This document shows, piece by piece, positions 38,530 through 49,443 of a stretch of 64,000 bases of DNA (the stretch's first letter is position 1; the number at the start of each line of letters is the position of its first letter). Below the pieces are notes generated by a model, which saw only the letters and a program-made list of their open reading frames with translations, was not told the origin of the DNA and did not search any database. The DNA is from an uncultured bacterium (GTDB lineage: Bacteria; Omnitrophota; Gorgyraeia; Ghiorseimicrobiales; Ghiorseimicrobiaceae). The position numbers and the translations under genes are program-made. Location: assembly GCA_913009335.1 (NCBI GenBank), contig CAJVXN010000005.1, positions 110 through 64,109 on the forward strand. Reading direction: 5' to 3'.

Positions 38530-39006
38530 ATGGGTGAGTTTAATTTTAGCATAACAATGGATTTATCCATTCCTGATTTCATGGACGCGACTATACCTTT
38601 GCAGGATATATCAAATGCAATAGCCGCTGACGCTAAAAAGAATATTCGTACGCAGAGAAGCCCTGATGGATCTCGTTTCATGCCTTTATCAAGAAGGACT
38701 ATAAACAGAAAAGGATTTAGTATGGCTCTTTTAGATAAAGGGATAATGTTTAATGCTATACGATCATACAAAGTGAGAAAGAATGTTATGGCTGTAAGCG
38801 TTATGCCAAGAGGAAAGCCGCGAAGAGATTTATTGGCATTGATACATCAGGAAATAGGTGTGCCAAGCAAAGAACACGGCAGGGTAGCCCGGCCATTTTT
38901 AGGTGTATCAAAAAAACGTGAACAATGGGCTGTGAGAAGAATGGAACGCTGGATAAATGCAAGAATACAAAAAGCAGCGCATAAGTATATAAATGTAAAG
39001 TTTTAA
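38530..39006 (+). CDS. virion morphogenesis (tail completion S-like) protein
   Basis: SPDGSRF.PL, IHQ, ARPFLGVS. Confidence 0.78.
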   Translation: MGEFNFSITMDLSIPDFMDATIPLQDISNAIAADAKKNIRTQRSPDGSRFMPLSRRTINRKGFSMALLDKGIMFNAIRSYKVRKNVMAVSVMPRGKPRRDLLALIHQEIGVPSKEHGRVARPFLGVSKKREQWAVRRMERWINARIQKAAHKYINVKF

Positions 39007-39032
39007 TAAAAAAAGAGAGGAGCTCTGTAAAA

Positions 39033-39739
39033 ATGATTGATCCGTTAAGTATCGGAGTATCAATAGAATATATCGCTGAGGAAGATAGGAAGTCAAAAAA
39101 TCCTACAGTTTGGATTATTGGATCATTGGATTCTTTTACACAATCCAAATTAATATCTACTCTTGTTGATATATCCGTAGAGGATGGAAAACCTAAATTA
39201 GAAAAGCTTGCGCAAGATAACCATCCTGATTTCGTAATTGTTAAATATGGTTTAAAAGGATTCAAGAATTTCGGGGATGTTGTATTCAAATCTGAAAAAG
39301 TAACTTTATTCGGACAGGAATTAGAAGAAGTTTCCAAAGATGTATTAAAAGTTATTCCTTTATCCGTAATACATGAATTAGCCAATGTTATATGGAGAGG
39401 AAATAAAGTAAGCGAGGAACTTGAAAAAAACTAGAGTTGGCAGTTGAGGTTTCTTCTCTAGGCCTCAGTTGCCACAATTGCAATGACGCGCAAAAGAAAT
39501 TCAGGGGATGCAATGGAAATCCTGTACAACCATATTTAATAGATGGAAAACCGGCGGATAAATGTATCGCTAAATATCTGCCGGCAGAAATAAGGCACTA
39601 TATAAGATATTATGGCTATTATAAAAAAGGACATCTTCCATTAGATGTATCAAGACAACCGGCAAAAATGCTGGATATATTTGATATATTAGAAAGCGCT
39701 GAGGTTGAGAATCAAAAAAATAAATACGATAATTTATAA
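39033..39739 (+). CDS. tail assembly chaperone G (39033-39434) and -1 frameshift extension GT (to 39739)
   Basis: Slippery A AAA AAC (39425-39431) immediately before TAG; downstream ORF in -1 frame; located before tape measure gene. Confidence 0.8.
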
Positions 39740-39750
39740 TAGAGGATATC

Positions 39751-41712
39751 ATGGCTGTAAATAAAATAAAAATTGTTTCTGGATATGAAGATAAATCAAG
39801 CGAGAAAATAAAGGCATCGTTTGATAAGTCTAAGAAATCCGCTGTTGATTTATCAAAAGAATTTAAAAGCTTAAAAAGAAGCATTAGCACTTCTATGCTT
39901 AAAGTACGGAAGAGCATAGAAGTAAATCTACAAAAATCTTCCGTTGCGCAGAAAAAACATGCTAAAGAACTTGCTCATCATACCCGTTTCATGGGCATGT
40001 CAATAGGTAAACTAGCCGGACAAATTGGATCTATGCGTAATTTTATATTAGTATGGATGTTTGCCTTACGTCCTTTGATTAATATTATTAAAAGTACAAC
40101 GGAAGCAATGACAAAGCAAGAAGATGCTTTGAAAAGGCTTAATTACGCTATGGGTATACAGGGAACACAATCTAAAGTTGTCAATAATCGATTGATAGAA
40201 ATGTCTAAAGGATTCCAAGCAGTAACTAGATACGGCGATGAGGCTGTTTTAGAAGTAATGGAAAAATTAATAACTCTTGGAAGAGTTATGCCTAATCAAT
40301 TAGAGAGAGCCACACAGGCTGTCTTGGATTTTTCTTCCGCGAGCGGAAGAGATTTATCTATGGCTACGCTGCTTATTGCTAAAGCAGCAACGGGCTTCAC
40401 CGGGGAATTGTCTCGTTATGGAATTAAAATAGACGAAAACATACCTAAAACTAAAAAATTCTCCGCCGTACTTGAATTTATTGAAAAACAAATGGGAGGC
40501 AGGGCGCAGCAGGATATAGATAGTTATGGTGGAAAAATAAAGCTTCTAGGAAATCAATATAGTGATTTAAAAGAAAAAATAGGTTTAACAATATGGAAAT
40601 ACGGAGGATTAAACGCGGCTGTAGAAAAATTATTAAAGACATTTAGGTCATGGAATGAACATTTTGAGAAAGAAGACCCCTTAGATAATGCTATTTTTAA
40701 AGCAAAAAAACAAATTAAAGTATTGGAAGAATTAGACAAAAAAATGACTGGAAAAAGACCTATGAAATTACTTTATCTTTTTCCGATAGGAGAAATTGAT
40801 ATAGGAATTAAAAAATCAAGGACAAGGATAGAATCACTGTATAAATTTATCGACGCGGCAGAGAAAAAAAAGATAGAAAGAAAAATAGGCTCTGATGTGA
40901 TCGCTATGGCTGAGAAAGAAAAACAAATAAAAATGCAGGCCGAAGAAGATTTTCAAAAAGCGTATGATAATTTAGCTTCCAGAAAAATAGAAACAGCTAT
41001 AAAAACTTTAGAAGAGGAATACGCTTTTAATAAAAAATATGTAGATGATAAAATAGCTCTCGAGTATTTGTATTCTGAAAAGAAAAAAGCAATAGACGCG
41101 ATGGTCCTTGCTAATGAAAAAAAGAATAGAACATTAGCCGGCAGGCAAATGGTTAAATTCATGGAAACATACGCTAAGGGAATGGAGAGAGCATTAAGTG
41201 AGGGATTTTTTAAAGTTGTAAAAGGAGAATTTGAAGGATTAAAAGATGTTGTAATTAGTTTCGGCGATTTAATGTTAAAAACATTAATACAGATAGCGGT
41301 GAAGATGGCAATGATAAAAGCATGGGCCGGCTTCGGCCCTCTTTTAGGAATAAATCTTTCTACAGCTGCGACAGCTGCGACAAAAACAGTAAATGTTTTA
41401 CCCGCAACCGGACATTCAGGAGGAGTTGTTCGTAAATACCATTCCGGCGGAGAAGTAAATGCCACTCTTTTAGAAGGCGAAGGCGTTCTTAATAGAAACG
41501 CGATGTCTAATTTAGGAGTTGATAATCTTAATAAATTAAATAGCGGAGAAGATGCTGGCGGTAAAACAGTAAATAATTATTATATCCAAACAATTGATGA
41601 AAGATCATTCCGGGAAAGACTACAGCAAAATGGTGATATTTACGCTAATGCTTCCGAGCAAGGCATAAGGGACAATACTTCTTTAAGAAGGACAAGTCAA
41701 AGATTTGGATAA
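39751..41712 (+). CDS. tape measure protein
   Basis: Helical 653 aa; LSRYGI, C-terminal YHSGG..LLEGEGVLN. Confidence 0.88.
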   Translation: MAVNKIKIVSGYEDKSSEKIKASFDKSKKSAVDLSKEFKSLKRSISTSMLKVRKSIEVNLQKSSVAQKKHAKELAHHTRFMGMSIGKLAGQIGSMRNFILVWMFALRPLINIIKSTTEAMTKQEDALKRLNYAMGIQGTQSKVVNNRLIEMSKGFQAVTRYGDEAVLEVMEKLITLGRVMPNQLERATQAVLDFSSASGRDLSMATLLIAKAATGFTGELSRYGIKIDENIPKTKKFSAVLEFIEKQMGGRAQQDIDSYGGKIKLLGNQYSDLKEKIGLTIWKYGGLNAAVEKLLKTFRSWNEHFEKEDPLDNAIFKAKKQIKVLEELDKKMTGKRPMKLLYLFPIGEIDIGIKKSRTRIESLYKFIDAAEKKKIERKIGSDVIAMAEKEKQIKMQAEEDFQKAYDNLASRKIETAIKTLEEEYAFNKKYVDDKIALEYLYSEKKKAIDAMVLANEKKNRTLAGRQMVKFMETYAKGMERALSEGFFKVVKGEFEGLKDVVISFGDLMLKTLIQIAVKMAMIKAWAGFGPLLGINLSTAATAATKTVNVLPATGHSGGVVRKYHSGGEVNATLLEGEGVLNRNAMSNLGVDNLNKLNSGEDAGGKTVNNYYIQTIDERSFRERLQQNGDIYANASEQGIRDNTSLRRTSQRFG

Positions 41713-41730
41713 TATAAGGAAAAAATAACA

Positions 41731-42423
41731 ATGTCATATAATCATATACTCACTCTCACTCCGGAATTCGGCATCGAAGAATCAATAGAATTCCGTACTA
41801 ATGTTACTGATTCAGAAAGCGGGAAAGAACACCGTGATGCATTGTGGGATGAAGGAATACGGGAATATAAATTAACTGTAAGATTCCTTACTAAAACCGC
41901 GATGGATTTAATATGGAATTTTTTTATCGCCAGGCATGGAAGTTTTGATTATTTTCTTACAAAGATAGAACAGGAATACGAACAGATTAATGAAGCGGTA
42001 GATACCGGCGACGGAGTAGTAACTGAATTTTTATTAGATAAATTTCCCGTAGATACAGCATCAAATCACTCGTGTAGTGTAGCCGATGTTACGAATACAG
42101 ATTATCTTTTACGTAATGATTTTAATCTTGAGAAATCTTATATTACTTTTAATAATGCTTACTCCGGAGCGATAGTAGTTTCTTATGAATATTATTTTAA
42201 AGTCCGCTTTAAAGAAGATAAATTAACCAGGCAATTAGCTGCTTATAAATTACTGCATGCTGGGATAACTTTGAAAGAGGTACGTTGGACATCTTATGGT
42301 TCAACATTAGGTAATTCTTCTTCTTCTTCAATGAGTTCTAGTTCTAGTTCCAGTTCATCTAGCTCATTAAGCTCAAGTTCTTCCAGTAGTTCTTTAAGCA
42401 GTTCAAGCAGTTCATCAGCTTAA
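41731..42423 (+). CDS. DUF2460-like distal tail protein with poly-Ser tail
   Basis: SGKEHR..W, FFIARHG, GDGV, KVRF; Ser tail 42316-42417. Confidence 0.8.
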   Translation: MSYNHILTLTPEFGIEESIEFRTNVTDSESGKEHRDALWDEGIREYKLTVRFLTKTAMDLIWNFFIARHGSFDYFLTKIEQEYEQINEAVDTGDGVVTEFLLDKFPVDTASNHSCSVADVTNTDYLLRNDFNLEKSYITFNNAYSGAIVVSYEYYFKVRFKEDKLTRQLAAYKLLHAGITLKEVRWTSYGSTLGNSSSSSMSSSSSSSSSSSLSSSSSSSSLSSSSSSSA

Positions 42424-42424
42424 T

Positions 42425-43285
42425 ATGTATATTCTATCTACAATATTAAACGCGATTAAAGACAGGGTGCAAAATAAACCGGTAGAGATTACCGATATTT
42501 ATTTAGGCAGCCAGACAACCGAAGATTCTGATACCCTCCATTTTGTAAATTTCTATAAAACCTTAACTTTTTTCACCTATATAGGACAAACATCACAAGC
42601 ATATACTCCTTTAGCAATTCGTCGTTCCGCGGTAAAGAAAACAGCTAAAGGCGAGATTGAAAGAATTTCTTATCGTGTCGATAATGTCAATAAAGGAATG
42701 TCGGCTTACGCGGCAAGCAAAGATTTTCGTAATAAACGTATTGTAACAAGATTGATATTCCGGGATTATCTAAACTCTTCCTCCGATGCCAAAATCATCT
42801 TTGATGGTTTTATCCAGTCAATTCTTTTTGAGCAAAAATCAATGTCTGTTACATGCGCTCCTAAAATAGGTTCATTATCTTTTGAAACAGGATGGCCCTA
42901 TCAAATACAATGTCATGCGCGTTTTGGGGATAGTTACTGTCAAATAAATAAGGAATTATCAGAAAATAAAGTAACTGGAACTGTTACCGGAGGAACTTCT
43001 TCCACTGTAATTGATACAGCAAATTTGAATCAAGCGGATAATTATTGGAATTGGGGAACGATTGCATTTACTTCCGGAGACAATAATGGATCATCGCGTA
43101 AAATAGTTGATTTCGATAAGGCAGCAAATACGCTTACTCTGGATTACGTCTTAGACAATATAGTTTCCTCCGGAGATACATACATGCTTTATCGCGGTTG
43201 TGATAAAGCGTTAGAAACTTGTGAAAGTACATATAATAATACGATTAATTATCATGGTTTCCACACTATACCATTGCGAAAATGA
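42425..43285 (+). CDS. DUF2163/BR0599 baseplate hub protein
   Basis: C.ARFGD..C, YWNWG..F.SG.N.G, GCDK...C...NN..NYHGF. Confidence 0.85.
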   Translation: MYILSTILNAIKDRVQNKPVEITDIYLGSQTTEDSDTLHFVNFYKTLTFFTYIGQTSQAYTPLAIRRSAVKKTAKGEIERISYRVDNVNKGMSAYAASKDFRNKRIVTRLIFRDYLNSSSDAKIIFDGFIQSILFEQKSMSVTCAPKIGSLSFETGWPYQIQCHARFGDSYCQINKELSENKVTGTVTGGTSSTVIDTANLNQADNYWNWGTIAFTSGDNNGSSRKIVDFDKAANTLTLDYVLDNIVSSGDTYMLYRGCDKALETCESTYNNTINYHGFHTIPLRK

Positions 43286-43683
43286 TAACAAATTATGATC
43301 TTAATGACTTGATTGGAGTTCCTTTCAAGCTTAATCGCAGAGATTTTAAAGGATGTGATTGCCGGGGCATAGTATGGCTTTATTATAAGCATGTTATGAA
43401 TAAAGAAATACCTTTCACTGATGGAAAAAGAATATTTTTCCGCAATAAGAATAAAGATTTTGAACGTATAACCAATGTACTTAAAACATTTACCAGAGAT
43501 GTAAGTTTCAAAGAATTAGAAGAAGGAGACATCGTAGTGCTTAAAGGATTAAGTTCTTTCGGGGCCTTAGGAGTTTGTATTAATAAAGAATATATTTTAC
43601 ACATGGATAAGTTTGTAGGATCGTGCTTAACTAAAACACGATATATGGAAAATTTAATATTATCAGTTTATAGGCCGATATGA
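43282..43683 (+). CDS. NlpC/P60 tail-associated protein
   Basis: IGVPF...GCDCRG, GDIVV, ILH. Confidence 0.75.
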   Translation: MITNYDLNDLIGVPFKLNRRDFKGCDCRGIVWLYYKHVMNKEIPFTDGKRIFFRNKNKDFERITNVLKTFTRDVSFKELEEGDIVVLKGLSSFGALGVCINKEYILHMDKFVGSCLTKTRYMENLILSVYRPI

Positions 43684-46600
43684 AAAAAATAAGCATACTC
43701 TTTTTCTTTTTATCATTAATTATAACAAAAAATGCCTATGCTGTGCCTGTGGCAGTATCAGTAGCTTTTTGGTACGCGGCCCAAGCAGTTGCAGCCTTTG
43801 TTGTTGCTAATTGGGTAGTAATCGCGATAACAGTCGCGTCTATAGCGTATAGTCTTTCTCAATCTACAAATCAAGATAGGCTGAAAGCTCCCGCCTCAAA
43901 ATATACTTCTCCGGTGATATCCAATTCTTATTCTAATGAAGGTATTGTTCCATTGTTATATGGAGGCCCTATTGCTTTAGGCGGAAATATTATATGGCAG
44001 TCTGATCCGGGATCAACAGTGCAGCGATTTTTAGCCATCTCCGCGGGAGAAATATCAGCGATCACTAATGTCTTAATTGATGATCAGGATATATCGTCGC
44101 TTTCCGGTTGCAGCTATACAGCGTATTTAGGAACGGCAACGCAATCAGTAGACTCCAGGGGGGCGGGAACAGTTAAAGGATTACGCGATGTTGCTTATTT
44201 GGCCCTTGAGATTACATCAGGAGATAAGGTAAGCAGCAATCCTATTGTTTCATGCCGGGCAACCGGGAGAAAAATACAGACCTGGAATTCATCTACATGT
44301 AACTGGACTACTAACTCCCTATCCAGTTCTAAAAATCCTGCCGCGATATTGCGTGATTATTTATTATTGAGTTACGTTGTCGGTGGTTGTGGTATTCCGG
44401 CGGCGTATGTAGATGATGTAAGTTTTGGCGCGGTATCTGAAATCTGCGACGCTCAAATAGATAATGGATCAGGCGGAACAGAAGCAAGATATGAATTGGA
44501 TATTGTTATCGATACGAAACATTCCGCTTTAGATAATATTGATAAGATGCTTATTACTTGCAATGCCGCATTGATACGCAGCGGAGCAACGTATAAATTA
44601 ACCATAGAAAAAGCCAATGAAACAGCTGTTATGGCTTTTACAGAAGATAATATTTTAAAAGGATCATTTGAATACGGATACGGAAAAGCTGATGAAACTC
44701 CGAATAAAGTAGGAGTTGAGTGGATATCCGCGTTAGAAACTAAAAATCCTAAACGTGTAGAATGGGCGGAAGATGAATTAGATCAGGAAATACGCGGTAT
44801 AAGAGAAGAAAAAATAGAAACATATGGAATTATCCGGCAAAGCCAAGCTTCCAGGATCGCTAAGAAAGCATTGTATGAAAGAAAGATAAACGATATTTGG
44901 TGTAGATTTAAAAGCAATATTAAGGCCCTGCATTGTGAACAGATGGATGTCGTTACTATAACACATTCACGGCCGAATTGGACTGCCGCGCAATTCAGGA
45001 TAGTTGAAATAAATGAAGCTGATTTTGGCAACGCTCAATATTTAGCGCAGGCATATAACAGTTCTGTCCTTGATGATAAATATGGAGCAACATTTGATGA
45101 TTGGGATTATGGATCTCCTCCTAATCCGTATACTCCGGTAACAGACGTTACAGGAGTAGTATTAGAAGAAGTCGGCTGGCGTAATACAGATGGTGTACAT
45201 ATTGCTCATATCGATGTTACATGGACGGCTCCCGCGACGAAAAAAGAATTTCTTTCCAGCTATGTTATAGAGCTTAAAAAAGAGAATGACGCTTATATAT
45301 CTGTGGGGACTCCTTCATCCGGAGATACTGAATATCGTATAAATCTTAATCTTGAAATAAATAAAAATTATTATGTTCGTATAAAAACTGTATCAACAGA
45401 AGACATTGTTTCTGATGGAACAGTTTCTTCAAAAATTACGTTAGTCGGTAAAGACGCGAATCCTTCGGATGTTTCTTCATTCTTAGTTAGAAAATACAGA
45501 GATACAGTAATATGCAGATGGACAAAAGTTACCGATGTCGATGTTGAAAAATATGAAATAAGGAAAGGAGATGATTGGGATTCCGCCGGCATTGTCGGTA
45601 CTAATCTTACCGGAATAGAAACAACATTAAGAGATGTAAAAATAGCAGCAAATCAATCCTATTGGATAAAAGCGATTGATAATTCAGGCAATTATTCTGA
45701 AAATGCCGTTGAAGCGATATTAACAATATCAAATATTCCTTTTCAAAATATAATACAAACTTATTTAGAGCATACCAACTGGCTTGATAACTCAAACATA
45801 TACTATGTTTCAAATGAGGATAGCGACTATGATTTAAGAACTGTAACGCAGGATTATGAAAAATTAGCACAGTCGTTTACTCCCAGCGTGGACAGGACTG
45901 TGGATAAAATATCTTTAAAATTAGTTGAAAACGGCCATATTTATTCTTCTTCTTCAAGTTCATCTTCCAGCAGTTCAAGCGTTTCCTCAAGTTCTTCTAG
46001 TTTAAGTTCCAGTTCAAGCAGCCTTTCTTCAAGCAGTTCTTCATCAAGCATAGCAAGTTCAAGCAGCTCAAGCTCAAGTTCGTCAAGTTCAAGCTCCTCA
46101 AGCAGCTTAAGTTCATCAAGTTCGTCTTTGTCTTCTTCAAGCAGTTCGAATAATTCATCCAGCTCCTCAAGCAGCTTAAGTTCATCAAGTTCGTCTTTGT
46201 CTTCTTCAAGCAGTTCGAATAATTCATCCAGTTCATCGAGCAGTTTAAGCTCTTCAAGCAGTTCGAGTAAGATGCCTCCGATAAGCAGCAGTTCGAGTTC
46301 TTCTTATTCTTCTTCATCTTCTTCAAGATCTTCATCCTCGAGTTCTCGAAGCTCTAGCTCTTCTTCAAGATCTTCTTCTTCAAGTTCTGTTTCTTCCAGT
46401 TCTTCTTCATCGAGTTCTTCCAGCAGCCTAAGTTCTTCTTCATCGAGTTCTTCCAGTTCTTCTCTATCTTCTTCATCTTCTAGTTTAAGTACAAGTTCAT
46501 CAAGCAGTTCTTCATTGAGTAACTCAAGCAGCTCAAGTTCTAGTTCTTTAGCCGGAACAACAGCGATATGGGTTACGATAGAAGGAGATAATGCCGGCGA

Positions 46601-47528
46601 ACCTGACGGTTCCGCTGTTGCAACAAGTAATTATATTGACGCAAGCACTATCGGCACTACTTTTAGATGGATAGATTTTACGCTGCTTGCTAACGCTAGC
46701 TTATCAGCAAGCGTTAAATACTGGATAGTTTTACATGGAGGCTATACTAAAAGCGATACTACTTTTATCTCATGGAAAGCTGATATTACCAGCGCTTCTT
46801 TTTCCGGAGGCAACTTGGCGTATTACGACGCGGGAGCAGCGGCCTGGACAGCCCAGGCAACGGAAGATTTTATGTTCAAAGTGCTTGAATATGTTTCAGG
46901 GGATAATTATTATATATCAGGAAGTAATTTAAAATTTGAAAGCGGAGAATTATCAGCTGTTTATTACACAAGCAAAAAAGATATCGGTTATGTTTGTGAT
47001 GCAAGAATAATGATTCAATATATCGCTTCTATCGCGCAAACTATGGCCTGGGATTCAGACGCGGCAAGAAAATTTAATGACAGTGAAACATTGCGTTTTA
47101 CCGGTGCCGAATTCGCGGGGAATGTATCTTTTGAGATACGTACATCAGAGGATAATATTACATGGACTGCGTGGGAAGATTGGATTTCAGCGGATTACAC
47201 ATGCCGATATTTTCAAATAAGAATGACATTTACCAGAGATTCCGCGGCTACAGAAATATTAATGTCTGACCTAACTATCGATGTTGATTTACCGGATGTC
47301 GATGAAACGCAGGATTATACTATCAGCGTGGCCGCTGATGGAGCGGCCATAACATTTGTTAAAACATACCATGTAGCGCCTTCTGTTAACGTTGATATAC
47401 TTTCCGGATCAGGGATAGTACATACTTTTTCAGTGGTTCCTTCGATTACCGGAGTAACGATAAAACACCTTGCGCTTGATAGCTCAGAACAAACAGGAAC
47501 AGGAAAAGTACATGTCCACGGGATTTAA
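43680..47528 (+). CDS. tail tip/central fibre protein (J-like, FN3 domains) with internal 201-codon poly-Ser insert
   Basis: VPLLYG, NPAAILRDYL, FN3 repeats, RYFQIR; Ser tract 45945-46547. Confidence 0.88.
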   Translation: MKKISILFFFLSLIITKNAYAVPVAVSVAFWYAAQAVAAFVVANWVVIAITVASIAYSLSQSTNQDRLKAPASKYTSPVISNSYSNEGIVPLLYGGPIALGGNIIWQSDPGSTVQRFLAISAGEISAITNVLIDDQDISSLSGCSYTAYLGTATQSVDSRGAGTVKGLRDVAYLALEITSGDKVSSNPIVSCRATGRKIQTWNSSTCNWTTNSLSSSKNPAAILRDYLLLSYVVGGCGIPAAYVDDVSFGAVSEICDAQIDNGSGGTEARYELDIVIDTKHSALDNIDKMLITCNAALIRSGATYKLTIEKANETAVMAFTEDNILKGSFEYGYGKADETPNKVGVEWISALETKNPKRVEWAEDELDQEIRGIREEKIETYGIIRQSQASRIAKKALYERKINDIWCRFKSNIKALHCEQMDVVTITHSRPNWTAAQFRIVEINEADFGNAQYLAQAYNSSVLDDKYGATFDDWDYGSPPNPYTPVTDVTGVVLEEVGWRNTDGVHIAHIDVTWTAPATKKEFLSSYVIELKKENDAYISVGTPSSGDTEYRINLNLEINKNYYVRIKTVSTEDIVSDGTVSSKITLVGKDANPSDVSSFLVRKYRDTVICRWTKVTDVDVEKYEIRKGDDWDSAGIVGTNLTGIETTLRDVKIAANQSYWIKAIDNSGNYSENAVEAILTISNIPFQNIIQTYLEHTNWLDNSNIYYVSNEDSDYDLRTVTQDYEKLAQSFTPSVDRTVDKISLKLVENGHIYSSSSSSSSSSSSVSSSSSSLSSSSSSLSSSSSSSSIASSSSSSSSSSSSSSSSSLSSSSSSLSSSSSSNNSSSSSSSLSSSSSSLSSSSSSNNSSSSSSSLSSSSSSSKMPPISSSSSSSYSSSSSSRSSSSSSRSSSSSSRSSSSSSVSSSSSSSSSSSSLSSSSSSSSSSSLSSSSSSLSTSSSSSSSLSNSSSSSSSSLAGTTAIWVTIEGDNAGEPDGSAVATSNYIDASTIGTTFRWIDFTLLANASLSASVKYWIVLHGGYTKSDTTFISWKADITSASFSGGNLAYYDAGAAAWTAQATEDFMFKVLEYVSGDNYYISGSNLKFESGELSAVYYTSKKDIGYVCDARIMIQYIASIAQTMAWDSDAARKFNDSETLRFTGAEFAGNVSFEIRTSEDNITWTAWEDWISADYTCRYFQIRMTFTRDSAATEILMSDLTIDVDLPDVDETQDYTISVAADGAAITFVKTYHVAPSVNVDILSGSGIVHTFSVVPSITGVTIKHLALDSSEQTGTGKVHVHGI

Positions 47529-47559
47529 TATATACAGGAATATATACAAAGGAGTATAA

Positions 47560-48034
47560 ATGAAAAATATTATACCGCATAAAATAGTGATAAGTTTTAA
47601 CGTTGATGGAACATTTGATAATGGTATTTTGCTATATCAAAAACAAGAAGAATCAGGATTAGTTTTAAATAAATATCATAGCATCTCAATTAAAAATACT
47701 GTTAATAAGCCAATCATGAATGGTATAATAAATAAGGCGATAAAGTTCGCTAAAAAATCGGAGGGAATGAATGTCTAATAATAAACCTATTTGTGCCAGA
47801 TGCAAAAAAGAAATTGAAAGTATTGCTTATGTTCGTGTTCAACCAACACTAATATTACAACCTTATATGCCGCAGACACCGCCGCTATTTAAGTGCCGTG
47901 AACACGCGGAGAATTTTGCGAAACCGATGGATTTCCATGATGATTGTTGGATAGATGAATTATTAGATCATGAAATCCCTATACATGATATGAAAGAAAT
48001 AGAAAAGAAATATTTGAAAGCAGGAGGAAAATGA
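47560..48034 (+). CDS. two small hypothetical proteins (47560-47778, 47771-48034)
   Basis: Coupled ORFs with RBSs. Confidence 0.55.
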
Positions 48035-48035
48035 A

Positions 48036-48959
48036 ATGTCATTTGACGCAAGTAAGCCGACTTCGAATGGGCTTTTGATCAACGCTCCTCAGCAAATACG
48101 AAATAATTGGGACGCCATAGCGCTTGGCACAGACAGCGATTTACTTATTACTAACGCGAAAGTAGCCACTAACGCCGCTATCGCCGATAGCAAATTAGCG
48201 CAGATTACAACCGCTGCTAAAGTAAGCGGAACAGCTTTAACATTATTACCTAATATTCCTTCGGGAGCAGGAACACTTCCTCTTGCTAATATTCCGAGTA
48301 GTATACCTGATTCAAAATTAGCTCAAATTGCTACCGCGAGTAAAGTAAGCGGCGCGGCTATAACTTCATTGGCCAGCGTTCCTTCGGGGGCAGGAATACT
48401 TCCTGTTGCTAATGTTGACGTAGGGACAAGTGCTAATAAAATAGTGCAGCTTGACGCCTCGGCGAAACTCCCCGCGGTTGATGGAAGCCAGCTTACTAAT
48501 GTGGGAAGCTATTCCAATGTAATATTTAATTACGTTGGGGTATCCAATGTCGCTGCTAAATATGTAGGGACTATTTTAAATGCTTTAAATGGTGCTCAAA
48601 GTTATGATTACCTTTTCCGTGCGACTCTAGGCAAAGATGTTGTTATGACAGGAAAATGGAAAAAAATTGCTGGGATAAATACTGTTACGGCTGTTGCTAA
48701 AATGTGGAAAGGGGTTTACACTCCATATACTTACGAATGGGTAAAACTTTATGTTAAAATTGATACTATAGAAAATAATTTTGAAATACCTTACACTACC
48801 AATCAAACAAGCCCTACATGGATGTCGCCTATTACTTTAGATGTTTCAAGTTTAAGCAACGGAACAATCTATGATATTATTATATCTATGGAAAACGGAG
48901 CTATAAGTGCAGATTCGTGCAACTGTTATTGTAGTAATATTACTTTATTTGGTAGTTAA
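48036..48959 (+). CDS. tail fibre / receptor-binding protein
   Basis: Repeated DSKLAQI..AKVSG; ANKIVQLD...LPAVDGSQLT fibre motif. Confidence 0.7.
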   Translation: MSFDASKPTSNGLLINAPQQIRNNWDAIALGTDSDLLITNAKVATNAAIADSKLAQITTAAKVSGTALTLLPNIPSGAGTLPLANIPSSIPDSKLAQIATASKVSGAAITSLASVPSGAGILPVANVDVGTSANKIVQLDASAKLPAVDGSQLTNVGSYSNVIFNYVGVSNVAAKYVGTILNALNGAQSYDYLFRATLGKDVVMTGKWKKIAGINTVTAVAKMWKGVYTPYTYEWVKLYVKIDTIENNFEIPYTTNQTSPTWMSPITLDVSSLSNGTIYDIIISMENGAISADSCNCYCSNITLFGS

Positions 48960-49017
48960 ACATTAATTTTAAATGATAATTTGATTTTTACTCTTAAACA
49001 TATAGATACAGGTTAAA

Positions 49018-49416
49018 ATGAAACTAAACAAAGAAGAATTACTCGTAGGATTTATTTACGGCTCAAGTACCTGGCCGCTGATTAACTGGTTAGCGGTTTT
49101 CCCGGGGATCATTTGCGCATTTCTCTGGGCGATAGGCGGAGCGGGGCCGAAATTAGTCAGGCGCCTCGGAGTTCCTATAGTGTTAGCGATAAGTCTATCC
49201 TTTACGAGTTTATGGCTTTTATTTAATATTCTGCCTCTCTGGGGAATAGTATCGATTGGTTACGGCATGCCGGATAAAACAGATAGCGGTTCGAAACTCG
49301 GAAGATTTTATTCAAAGTTCCTCCCAAAGTTAGCCGCGAATTGGGCGACAAGATTTACTATATTTGTTTTGTTTGTTGTTGTGATGATAATTAGTTTAGC
49401 GGTGTTGAAGAAATAG
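49018..49416 (+). CDS. membrane protein
   Basis: Several hydrophobic segments. Confidence 0.65.
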   Translation: MKLNKEELLVGFIYGSSTWPLINWLAVFPGIICAFLWAIGGAGPKLVRRLGVPIVLAISLSFTSLWLLFNILPLWGIVSIGYGMPDKTDSGSKLGRFYSKFLPKLAANWATRFTIFVLFVVVMIISLAVLKK

Positions 49417-49443
49417 ATTACTGATAAATAATAAGGAATAAAT

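Noticed and set aside
45899-45907. Single perfect DnaA box inside the tail tip gene
   Set aside because: Isolated and coding; compatible with chance.
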